Assembly: GCA_963795085.1 (NCBI GenBank)
Contig: CAWCFX010000003.1
Span: 160,001-224,000, forward strand
Direction of reading: 5' to 3'
Length of the DNA stretch: 64,000 nucleotides
DNA from: an uncultured Gemmatimonadales bacterium
Lineage (GTDB): Bacteria; Gemmatimonadota; Gemmatimonadetes; Gemmatimonadales; GWC2-71-9
Below the pieces are notes generated by a model, which saw only the letters and a list, made by a program, of their open reading frames with translations, ran no database searches and had not been told where the DNA came from. Position numbers and translations under genes: made by a program. Of this stretch, positions 1-8,563 are shown piece by piece (position 1 is the first letter of the stretch; each line of letters starts with the position of its first letter).

Positions 1-131
1 CAGGGTGGCCCCCGGGCCGCGGCGGCGGCCGGGGTGAAAGTCACCGAAAAATCGGGCGGTGGCCCTGCACCTAAGCGTCGATCTTAGTTAGCTTTGGACC
101 TTCATCGGGACTTCAGGGCAGAGGAGCGGAC

Positions 132-563
132 GTGGCACGCAAAGAGAAACTCTCCGGAGGGGAAGTCCTCGGCTGGACCCTCGCGGGGCTTACCACGGGG
201 GTGTTGGGGGGCATGGCCCTGGCGGCCTTTCTGGGCCGCGGCAACCGGCGCCGGATCCGCCACGCCATTGACCAATGGCGGCCGCCGGCATCGCCGGTAC
301 GCAACATCGTCACCCCGGCCCGCAGCACCCAGGCGGCGCTCGACGCCTCGCCGCTCAAGGATTTCCGAATCGAGGCCATCGGCGTCATGCCGGGCGTGGT
401 GGAGCTGCACGGCTGGGTGCCAACCCGTGCCGTCCGGGCGACCGCCGGACGGATCGCCGCCAAGGTGCCCGGCATCGAGCGGGTCGTCAATTGCATCCTG
501 GTGCGCGGGGAAGACGACCGGAACGCCCAGCCCGACCATCCGCGCGCCGACCAGTCCGCATGA
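132..563 (+). CDS. BON domain-containing membrane-anchored protein
   Basis: GAGGAG RBS before GTG; N-terminal TM helix; BON-like GVVELHGWV...A..VPGIERVVNCI; stop overlaps valS ATG. Confidence 0.8.
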   Translation: MARKEKLSGGEVLGWTLAGLTTGVLGGMALAAFLGRGNRRRIRHAIDQWRPPASPVRNIVTPARSTQAALDASPLKDFRIEAIGVMPGVVELHGWVPTRAVRATAGRIAAKVPGIERVVNCILVRGEDDRNAQPDHPRADQSA

Positions 564-3229
564 GCGAGCCGCTCGCGCCGCAGTACGATCCCTCCCAAAT
601 CGAGCCTGCCCTGTACCGCTGGTGGATGGACCAGGGACTCTTTGCGGCAACCGGGACCGGCAACGGTCGCTACGTCGTCATGATGCCGCCGCCCAATGTC
701 ACCGCCAACCTGCACATGGGGCACGGGCTCAATAATACCATCCAGGACGTGCTGGTCCGGTTCGAGCGCATGCGGGGCCGCGACACCCTCTGGCTCCCGG
801 GAACCGACCACGCCGGCATTGCCACCCAGAACGTGGTGGAGAAGCTGCTGGCCCGGGAGGGCAAGACCCGCTTCGACCTGGGCCGTGAGGCGTTCGAGCG
901 CCTGGTGTGGGACCACGTCGGAAAGACCGGCGCCATCATCCTGGACCAGCTCAAGGCCATCGGTTCCAGCTGTGACTGGTCCCGTACCTACTTCACCCTG
1001 GACGAGGACCTTTCCCGCGCCGTGCGCGAGGTTTTCGTGCGGCTGTACGACCACGGGCTGGTGTATCGCGGCCACTACCTGATCAACTGGTGCCCCCGCT
1101 GCCTGACGGCCCTCTCCAACGAGGAAGCCGAGAAAGAAGAGGTGGACGGACACCTCTGGTACCTCCGCTACCCCGTCGCCACCGGGGAGACCATCACCGT
1201 CGCCACCACCCGGCCGGAGACCATGCTCGGGGACACGGCCGTGGCGGTTCACCCGCAGGATGCCCGGTATGCCAGCCTGGTAGGCGCCCTGGTGGATCTG
1301 CCGCTGACCGGCCGCCGGATCCCGGTCATCGCGGACGCGGGCATCGACCCGGCCTTCGGCACCGGTGCCGTGAAGGTGACCCCGGCCCACGACCCTCTCG
1401 ACTTCGAGATCGGCCAGCGCCACGGGCTGGAAAGCCTCGACATTTTCACGCCGGACGCGCGCATCGCCGAGACGGCGCCGGAACCATTCCGCGGCCTGGA
1501 CCGCTTCGAAGCCCGCAAGCGAGTGGTCCAGGCCTTCAAGGACCAGGGCCTGCTGGACAAGGTCGAGAATCATCGCCATGCTGTCGGCCACTGCTACCGC
1601 TGCGGCACCGTCATCGAGCCCCGGCTGTCGGACCAGTGGTTCGTCAAGATGGCCCCGCTGGCGCGGAAAGCCCTGGCCGCGTACCACAAGGACAAGGTCC
1701 GGTTCATTCCCGAGCGGCGGGGCGACGAATACGTCCAGTGGATGGAGAATATCCGCGACTGGTGTATCTCGCGGCAACTCTGGTGGGGACACCGGATCCC
1801 GGTGTGGTACTGCCTCGACGAGGCCTGCGGCCGGATGACGGCCAGCACCACCGACATCACGGCCTGCCCCGGGTGCGGCGGCGCGGTGCGGCAGGACGAG
1901 GACGTGCTCGATACCTGGTTCTCTTCCCAGCTGGTGCCCTTCTCCAGCCTGGGCTGGCCCGACGATACGGCGGACCTGCGGGCCTACTACCCGGGCCACG
2001 CGCTGGTTACCGCCCCTGAAATTCTGTTCTTCTGGGTGGCCCGGATGATCATGGCCGGCCTCGAGTTCATGGGCGACGTGCCGTTCCACACCGTCTACCT
2101 CCACGGCACGGTCCGGGACACCCAGCATCGCAAGATGTCCAAGTCGCTCGGCAACGGGATCGACCCGCTCGAGGTGGTGGAGCAGTATGGCGCCGACGCG
2201 CTCCGCTACACCGTGGTGTCCGGTATGGCTGTCGGCACCGACCTCATTCTCGACCCCGCCGACCTGGAGAGTTCGTTCGCCGCGGGCCGCAACTTCGCGA
2301 ACAAGCTGTGGAACGCGGGCCGCTTCATCCTGGGCAACCTCGACGGACCGACCCGGCCCCTGGCCGGCGACTGGCCCGACGTGGTGAAGCGCGAGGAACT
2401 CGCCTTGGCGGACCGCTGGATCATCGCCCGCTGCGATGCCACCGTCGCCGCCGCGACCGAGGCCTACGAGCGCTACCGGTTTAACGAGGCGGCCGCCGCG
2501 GTGTATCGCTTCATCTGGAGCGACCTGGCCGACTGGTACATCGAGCAGATCAAACCGCGGCTCTACGGCGACACCGAGGGCGGCGATGTGGCCCGCGCGG
2601 TGGCGGCAGCCACCTTCGAGACCGCGCTGCGGCTGCTTCACCCCATCATGCCGTTCATCACCGAGACGCTGTGGCGCCGGCTGCCGGGACGGGACGGCGC
2701 CAGCGTCAGCCGGGCCCCCTGGCCAGGCCGGGACGGCCGAGCCCACGATCCCACGGCCCTCAAGGAGTTCGAGCTGGTCCAGGAACTGGTCAGTGCCATC
2801 CGCAGCGTCCGCGCCGAGTACGGGGTGCAGCCGGGCCAGGCGGTGCGGGCCAGCGTGGTCCCCGGTTCTCCCCAGGCGGATCGTGCCTTCCGGGCCGAGC
2901 GAGGCACCATCCTGCGGTTGGCCCGGCTGTCCGATCTCGCCGCCGGGGAACCCGCCGGCGACGCCGGCGCCACCATGGTACTCTCCGATGGAAGTTCGGT
3001 CGCCATGCCGCTGGGCGACCTGGTAGATCTGGACAAGGAATGCCGCCGGCTCACCGGCGAACAGGAGCGGCTGCAGCGCCTGGTGGCCAGCCAGGACGCA
3101 AAGCTGGCCAACGACCAGTTCGTCAGCCGGGCCCCGCCGGCGGTGGTGGAGCGGGAGCGGCAGAAACTGGCTGACTGGAACGAGCAGGTCTCGGTGCTCC
3201 GGGAAAAACTGGAGCGGCTGGGGTGCTGA
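560..3229 (+). CDS. valS: valine--tRNA ligase
   Basis: PPPNVT..LHMGH, KMSKS, DWCISRQLWWGH, C-terminal coiled coil; ATG at 560 in ATGA overlap. Confidence 0.98.
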   Translation: MSEPLAPQYDPSQIEPALYRWWMDQGLFAATGTGNGRYVVMMPPPNVTANLHMGHGLNNTIQDVLVRFERMRGRDTLWLPGTDHAGIATQNVVEKLLAREGKTRFDLGREAFERLVWDHVGKTGAIILDQLKAIGSSCDWSRTYFTLDEDLSRAVREVFVRLYDHGLVYRGHYLINWCPRCLTALSNEEAEKEEVDGHLWYLRYPVATGETITVATTRPETMLGDTAVAVHPQDARYASLVGALVDLPLTGRRIPVIADAGIDPAFGTGAVKVTPAHDPLDFEIGQRHGLESLDIFTPDARIAETAPEPFRGLDRFEARKRVVQAFKDQGLLDKVENHRHAVGHCYRCGTVIEPRLSDQWFVKMAPLARKALAAYHKDKVRFIPERRGDEYVQWMENIRDWCISRQLWWGHRIPVWYCLDEACGRMTASTTDITACPGCGGAVRQDEDVLDTWFSSQLVPFSSLGWPDDTADLRAYYPGHALVTAPEILFFWVARMIMAGLEFMGDVPFHTVYLHGTVRDTQHRKMSKSLGNGIDPLEVVEQYGADALRYTVVSGMAVGTDLILDPADLESSFAAGRNFANKLWNAGRFILGNLDGPTRPLAGDWPDVVKREELALADRWIIARCDATVAAATEAYERYRFNEAAAAVYRFIWSDLADWYIEQIKPRLYGDTEGGDVARAVAAATFETALRLLHPIMPFITETLWRRLPGRDGASVSRAPWPGRDGRAHDPTALKEFELVQELVSAIRSVRAEYGVQPGQAVRASVVPGSPQADRAFRAERGTILRLARLSDLAAGEPAGDAGATMVLSDGSSVAMPLGDLVDLDKECRRLTGEQERLQRLVASQDAKLANDQFVSRAPPAVVERERQKLADWNEQVSVLREKLERLGC

Positions 3230-4509
3230 GCCGGACTGTCCCCGCCTCCCTCGCCCTGCTGGCCCTCGCCGCCGCGGCCTGCGCCCGGATGGAACCACCG
3301 CCGGGTGGTCCTCCCGACAACTCGCCCCCCGTCCTCCTCGCCACCCGTCCGGAATCTTTGGCGGTCATTCCCGGGTTCGACGGCGCGGTGGAGTTCACGT
3401 TCGACGAGGTCATCACCGAAGGCAGCCAGCCCAGCATGGGACTGGGCACCAGCGAACTGGAGCGGCTCATCATGTTGAGCCCCAGTGACAACGTCCCCAG
3501 GGTCCGGTGGAAGCGGCAAGTCCTCGCGGTGGAACCAAAAGAGGGATGGCGGCCCGACCGGGTGTACCGGGTCGAACTGCTGCCCGGGGTGGCCGACCTG
3601 CAGCGGAACCGGCTCGATTCCGGCACCGTGGTGACCTTTACGACCGGGGCGCCGGCGCCCACGGTGACCCTCACCGGGCAGGTCGTGGACTGGGGGACCG
3701 GCCGGATGGCCAGGCAGGCCCTGGTCGAAGCGGTGCTGCTGCCTGATTCGCTGGGGTATCGCACCGTGAGCGACAGCGGCGGGCGCTTCACCATGGGTCC
3801 CCTGCCCCGCGGCGACTATCTCGTGTACGGGGTGATCGATCAGAACCGGAACAGCCGGCGCGATCTGCGCGACAACTATGACACCACCCGGGTACGGGCC
3901 GATTCCACGGTCGCGGTGGCGCCGCTGTGGGCCTTTCCCCGGGATACCGTGGGGCCACGCCTCCAGGCGCTCACCGCGCCGGACAGCATGACGGTGGACC
4001 TCGCCTTCAACCAGATGCTGGATCCCTACCAGGCCGTGGACACGGGCAACATTCGGATCCGGCTGCTTCCCGACTCCACCGCCATCCCCGTGCTGTCGCT
4101 CCGCTCCCGGGCGGCCGACGACAGCCTGCAGCGGGCCGCTCGAGCGGCCGCCGATACCAGCCGCCAGGTCGATACCACCCGGGCCGCGCTGGACTCGGCC
4201 CGGCGGGTCGCGGAGGAGCGGCTCAAGCAGGCGGCGCCCGGGGACGTCCCCGAGAGCGACCGGACCCTGCTGGGATCCCGCCCCCCCCTGTACGACCATC
4301 TCATCGCACGGACTGGAGTCCCTCTGGCGCCCGGACGGCAGTACCTGGTCGAGGTCCTCGCGGCGCGAAATGTCAACGGCGTAGCCGCCGAGTCCCGGCT
4401 TTCATTCCGGGTGCCGGAACGGCCGCCTGCCCCGGCGCCGGCCGATTCGGCTCCTGCCATCCCGGCCGATTCCGTGCGGCCTGACCCGACTCCTCCACCC
4501 GGCCCATGA
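3223..4509 (+). CDS. Ig-like (Big_5-type) domain lipoprotein
   Basis: Lipobox AAAC followed by A....P.GGP.D..PP and F.FDE pattern typical of this family; Pro-rich tail. Confidence 0.8.
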   Translation: MLSRTVPASLALLALAAAACARMEPPPGGPPDNSPPVLLATRPESLAVIPGFDGAVEFTFDEVITEGSQPSMGLGTSELERLIMLSPSDNVPRVRWKRQVLAVEPKEGWRPDRVYRVELLPGVADLQRNRLDSGTVVTFTTGAPAPTVTLTGQVVDWGTGRMARQALVEAVLLPDSLGYRTVSDSGGRFTMGPLPRGDYLVYGVIDQNRNSRRDLRDNYDTTRVRADSTVAVAPLWAFPRDTVGPRLQALTAPDSMTVDLAFNQMLDPYQAVDTGNIRIRLLPDSTAIPVLSLRSRAADDSLQRAARAAADTSRQVDTTRAALDSARRVAEERLKQAAPGDVPESDRTLLGSRPPLYDHLIARTGVPLAPGRQYLVEVLAARNVNGVAAESRLSFRVPERPPAPAPADSAPAIPADSVRPDPTPPPGP

Positions 4510-5873
4510 CCGATTCCCGCCGGGACCTTCCTTCGGTGGACAAGCTGCTCCGGGAGCCGGAGGTGGCATTGCTCCTGTCCCAGGCGCCTCGACCGGTGGT
4601 GCTGGCGGCGGTGCGCGAAGCGCTCGATGCAGCCCGGCGTCTGCGCGGCGGCGTCCCCCCGAACTGGGCCGAGGACATCGGCGACCGGGTTGCCCGCCGC
4701 ACCGTCCGGTCACTCCGCCCCCTGCTCAACGCCACCGGCGTGGTCCTCCATACCAACCTGGGCCGGGCTCCGCTGGCCGCCGTGGCGGTCGACGCGATGA
4801 CCTCGGTGGCCAGCGGCTACAGCGCGCTGGAATACGATCTCCATTCCGGCACCCGTGGTCACCGCGCCGATCACTGCCGCGACCTGCTGGCCGAGCTGAC
4901 CGGGGCGGAGGATGGGCTGGTGGTGAACAACGCGGCCGGCGGCCTGGTCCTGGTGCTGAACGAACTCACCGCCGGCCGCGAGGTCCTTATTTCCCGGGGC
5001 GAGCTGATCGAGATCGGGGGCTCGTTCCGGATTCCCGAGATCATGGCCCGGAGCGGGGCACTCCTCCGCGAGATCGGCACCACCAACCGCACCGACCTGG
5101 CCGACTACCGGCGCGGACTGGAAGCCGGTGCCAGCGCGATTCTCACGGTGCACCGCTCCAACTTCGAACAGGTCGGGTTTGTGCATACTCCCGGCTCCGC
5201 CGAACTCGCGGAACTCGCCCGCGAGTTCAGCGTCCCATACATCCACGATGTGGGCAGCGGGTTGCTGGCCGACCTTTCCAGCCACGGTCTCACCGGCGAG
5301 CCCCGGGTCACGGAGGCGGTCGCCGCCGGCCCCACCATCGTGCTCTTCAGCGGTGACAAGCTCCTGGGCGGGCCCCAGGCCGGGTGCCTGGTGGGGCGGC
5401 GCGACGCCATCGCGCGCTGCCGCCGGAACCCCTTCGCCCGGGCCATGCGCGCCGACAAGCTCACCCTGGCCGCCCTGGAGGCAACCCTGGCGCTGTATCG
5501 CGATCCCCAGGGCGCCTGCTCCGCGATTCCGGTGCTGCGCATGCTGACCATGCCGGAGAGCGAACTCGCCCGGCTGGCCGGGCTGCTTGCCGGGCGGATC
5601 CCCGGGGCGTACCAACCCGAGATCCTCACCGCCGGCTCGGCGGTGGGCGGCGGCTCCTTTCCCTCGGCCCTGCTGCCGACCCGGATCGTCGCGCTCACGC
5701 CGGGCGAGCGGGGCGCCGACGAACTCGCCCTGCGGCTCCGCCTCGGCGACCCGCCCATTGTCGCCCGGGTACAGGATGGCCGGGTGCTGCTGGACCCGCG
5801 GACCCTTCCCGAATCCTCCTTCGGTGACATCGGCCGGGCGCTCGGCGACATCGGCCGGGCGCTCCTGGAATGA
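4506..5873 (+). CDS. selA: L-seryl-tRNA(Sec) selenium transferase
   Basis: NATGVVLHTNLGRA, SRGELIEIGGSFR, EIGTTN, PLP-lysine motif FSGDKLLGGPQAG. Confidence 0.95.
   Translation: MTDSRRDLPSVDKLLREPEVALLLSQAPRPVVLAAVREALDAARRLRGGVPPNWAEDIGDRVARRTVRSLRPLLNATGVVLHTNLGRAPLAAVAVDAMTSVASGYSALEYDLHSGTRGHRADHCRDLLAELTGAEDGLVVNNAAGGLVLVLNELTAGREVLISRGELIEIGGSFRIPEIMARSGALLREIGTTNRTDLADYRRGLEAGASAILTVHRSNFEQVGFVHTPGSAELAELAREFSVPYIHDVGSGLLADLSSHGLTGEPRVTEAVAAGPTIVLFSGDKLLGGPQAGCLVGRRDAIARCRRNPFARAMRADKLTLAALEATLALYRDPQGACSAIPVLRMLTMPESELARLAGLLAGRIPGAYQPEILTAGSAVGGGSFPSALLPTRIVALTPGERGADELALRLRLGDPPIVARVQDGRVLLDPRTLPESSFGDIGRALGDIGRALLE
5821..5862 (+). repeat. 21-bp tandem duplication at the selA 3' end (GDIGRAL x2)
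   Basis: tcggtgacatcggccgggcgc / tcggcgacatcggccgggcgc, one mismatch. Confidence 0.9.
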
Positions 5874-6418
5874 CGCGCGCCGTTTTTCTCGATCGCGACG
5901 GCACCCTCATCGAGGACCCGGGCTACCTCGGCGATCCGGCCGCAGTCCGGCTGCTGCCCGGCGCCGCCGCCTCGGTGAGCCGCCTCAACGAGGCCGGCCT
6001 CCTGGCGATTGTAGTAACCAACCAGTCGGGAATCGCCCGGGGGCGCCTGACCGAGGACGACTACCAGGCTGTCGCCGCCCGCCTGGATGCCCTCCTCCGG
6101 GCCGAGGGGGCCCGACTCGATGCGCAGTACTTCTGCCCCCACCTGCCCGAACTCAGCGGCCCCTGTGAATGCCGAAAGCCCGGCACCCTGCTTTTCCGGC
6201 AGGCGGCGGACCGGTTCGGGATCGACTTGGTAGAGAGCTGGTGGGTGGGAGACCGCCTGCGCGACGCCGAACCTGCGGCGACCCTGGGCGGCACCGGAAT
6301 CCTGCTCACCGGGCGGGCCCGGGACGCTGAAGCCGAGGCGGCGGAGCAACGCGGCTTCCTGACAATTTCTACCCTGCCGGAAGCGGTGGAACGCCTTATT
6401 TTGCCGCGATGCCAATGA
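5870..6418 (+). CDS. gmhB: HAD IIIA phosphatase, D-glycero-D-manno-heptose 1,7-bisphosphate phosphatase family
   Basis: FLDRDGTL, VTNQSGIARG, CPH...CECRKP, VGD motifs. Confidence 0.85.
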   Translation: MTRAVFLDRDGTLIEDPGYLGDPAAVRLLPGAAASVSRLNEAGLLAIVVTNQSGIARGRLTEDDYQAVAARLDALLRAEGARLDAQYFCPHLPELSGPCECRKPGTLLFRQAADRFGIDLVESWWVGDRLRDAEPAATLGGTGILLTGRARDAEAEAAEQRGFLTISTLPEAVERLILPRCQ

Positions 6419-7002
6419 GGATCGCGGTGGCGGTATCGGGCCGGGGCAGCAACCTCGAAGCGCTGCTGGACCGGTTGGAGCAGGAATCCGCCGCCGCAAT
6501 CGTACTGGTGTTGAGCAACATGGCCACGGCCGGCGCACTGGCCCGGGCCCGGGAGCGAGAGATTCCCGCTGCTGTGCTGGAGGACCCCGCCGATGCGTCG
6601 GAATGGCTGCGGCACCTTGACGGAGCCGCGGTGGACCTGCTGGTGCTGGCCGGCTATCTCAAGCTGGTGCCGGCCGCGGTGGTACACCGCTACCGGGGGC
6701 GGATCATCAACATCCACCCGGCGCTGCTGCCCGATTTCGGCGGGCCCGGCATGTACGGCGCGCGGGTGCACGCCGCGGTCCTGGCCAGCGGGGCTCGGGA
6801 ATCCGGGGCCACGGTGCACTTGGTGGACGAAGTCTACGACCGGGGCGAGATCCTGGGCCAGGCCCGGGTCCCGGTGACAACCGGCGACTCGGTGGAACAA
6901 CTCGCCGAGCGGGTGCTCCAGGCCGAGCACCGGCTGCTGCCTGCGGCAGTACTGGCGGCGGCCCGGGCCGGCCGCCCCGTGACCTTTCGCCTGGAAGACT
7001 GA
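6415..7002 (+). CDS. purN: phosphoribosylglycinamide formyltransferase
   Basis: SGRGSNL, LAGY, NIHPALLP, GATVHLV..YD.G; start 6415 (ATGA overlap) or 6409. Confidence 0.95.
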   Translation: MRIAVAVSGRGSNLEALLDRLEQESAAAIVLVLSNMATAGALARAREREIPAAVLEDPADASEWLRHLDGAAVDLLVLAGYLKLVPAAVVHRYRGRIINIHPALLPDFGGPGMYGARVHAAVLASGARESGATVHLVDEVYDRGEILGQARVPVTTGDSVEQLAERVLQAEHRLLPAAVLAAARAGRPVTFRLED

Positions 7003-7029
7003 CCAGCCAAATCCGAGGGGGAAGCATTC

Positions 7030-8559
7030 GTGCCACGCGCACTATTGTCGGTAAGCGATAAGCGGGGAATCGTCGGGTTTGCCCGCGGCCTGGTGGACCT
7101 GGGCTGGGAAATCATTTCGACCGGGGGCACCAGCGCGGCGCTCAAGGCGGCCGGAGTTCCGGTCACGCCGGTGGACCAGGTGACCGGCTTCCCCGAGATC
7201 CTCGACGGGCGGGTGAAGACGCTGCATCCCGCCATCCACGCGGGGCTGCTCGCCCGGCGTGACCTGCCCGAGCACCAGGCGGCCCTTGCCGCCCACCAGA
7301 TCACACCGATCGGCCTGGTGGCCGTTAACCTGTACCCGTTCCAGGCCACCATCGCCAAGCCGGACGTCTCCTTTGAGGACGCGATCGAGAACATCGACAT
7401 CGGCGGGCCGTCCATGCTGCGCTCGGCGGCCAAGAACCACCCTGACGTCATCGTGATCGTGGACCCCGCCGACTACGCGCCCATCCTGGACGCCCTCCGG
7501 GCCGGCACGGTCGCCGGCCCGGTGCGCCGGCAGTTGGCCGCCAAGGTGTTCTCCCATACGGCCGACTACGACGCCGCGATCACCGGGTTCCTGACCCCCA
7601 GGGAAGACGGCCTGCCCACCCATCTCGGGGTCTCGCTCAAACGGGCCCAGGTCCTGCGCTACGGGGAGAACCCGGGACAGCGGGCGGCGCTTTATGTCAC
7701 CGAGGAGCCGCGGGGCATCAACGACCTCAAGCAGCGGCACGGCAAGGAGCTGTCCTTCAACAACCTGCTCGACCTCGATGCCGCCATGAGCGCGGTGTCC
7801 CTGTTCCTGAACACCCCGGCCTGCGTCATCGTCAAGCACACCACCCCCTGCGGCATCGCGATCGGGGCCTCGGCCACCGAGGCGTTCTCGCGGGCGCTGG
7901 CCACCGACCCGCAGTCGGCCTTCGGGGGCGTCATCGCCATCAACACGGTGGTGGACCGGGCCACCGCGCTGGCCATGAAGGACTTGTTCATCGAGGTGGT
8001 GGTGGCGCCCTCCTTCCACGACGATGCCCTCGAGGCCTTCCAGGCCCGGAAGAATATTCGCATCGTGGAACTGCCGGTGCGGCAGGGGCGCGATGGCCTC
8101 GACTTCAAGAGCGTGCGCGGCGGTTTCCTGGTCCAGGACCGGTTCAGCTTCGACCGCGAGAACACCGGGTGGCAGGTCCCCACGGCGCGCCAGCCAACCA
8201 CCGACGAGATGCGCGACCTGCTCTTTGCATGGTGCGCGGTCAGCTGGGTCAAGTCCAACGCGGTGCTGCTGGCGAAAGCGGAGATGGCGATCGGTATCGG
8301 CGCCGGACAGATGAGCCGGGTGGACAGCTCGTTCGTGGCCGTGCACAAGGCCCGGCAGCAGGGCCATGATCCCCGGGGAAGCGTGATGGCCTCGGACGGG
8401 TTCTTTCCCTTCGCGGACGGCGTGGACGAGGCGGCGGCGGCCGGCGTCACGGCCATCGTGCAGCCGGGTGGCTCGGTGCGGGATGCCGAGGTGATCGCGG
8501 CCGCGGACCGCCACGGCATCGCCATGGTGCTGACCGGCAAGCGGCAATTCAGGCATTGA
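7030..8559 (+). CDS. purH: bifunctional AICAR transformylase/IMP cyclohydrolase
   Basis: ALLSVSDK, GRVKTLHP, IDIGGPSMLRSAAKNH, LRYGENP, KSNA, SDGFFPF, terminal RH. Confidence 0.98.
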   Translation: MPRALLSVSDKRGIVGFARGLVDLGWEIISTGGTSAALKAAGVPVTPVDQVTGFPEILDGRVKTLHPAIHAGLLARRDLPEHQAALAAHQITPIGLVAVNLYPFQATIAKPDVSFEDAIENIDIGGPSMLRSAAKNHPDVIVIVDPADYAPILDALRAGTVAGPVRRQLAAKVFSHTADYDAAITGFLTPREDGLPTHLGVSLKRAQVLRYGENPGQRAALYVTEEPRGINDLKQRHGKELSFNNLLDLDAAMSAVSLFLNTPACVIVKHTTPCGIAIGASATEAFSRALATDPQSAFGGVIAINTVVDRATALAMKDLFIEVVVAPSFHDDALEAFQARKNIRIVELPVRQGRDGLDFKSVRGGFLVQDRFSFDRENTGWQVPTARQPTTDEMRDLLFAWCAVSWVKSNAVLLAKAEMAIGIGAGQMSRVDSSFVAVHKARQQGHDPRGSVMASDGFFPFADGVDEAAAAGVTAIVQPGGSVRDAEVIAAADRHGIAMVLTGKRQFRH

Positions 8560-8563
8560 TCTC

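Noticed and set aside
1..44. Possible start of a divergent minus-strand gene at the window edge
   Set aside because: Only about 14 codons are visible; cannot be supported
113..3298. Long antisense and alternate-frame ORFs (e.g. 113-3298, 7042-8571, 16037-17959, 53129-55582)
   Set aside because: Shadows of real genes, expected at high GC; no motifs and wrong codon bias
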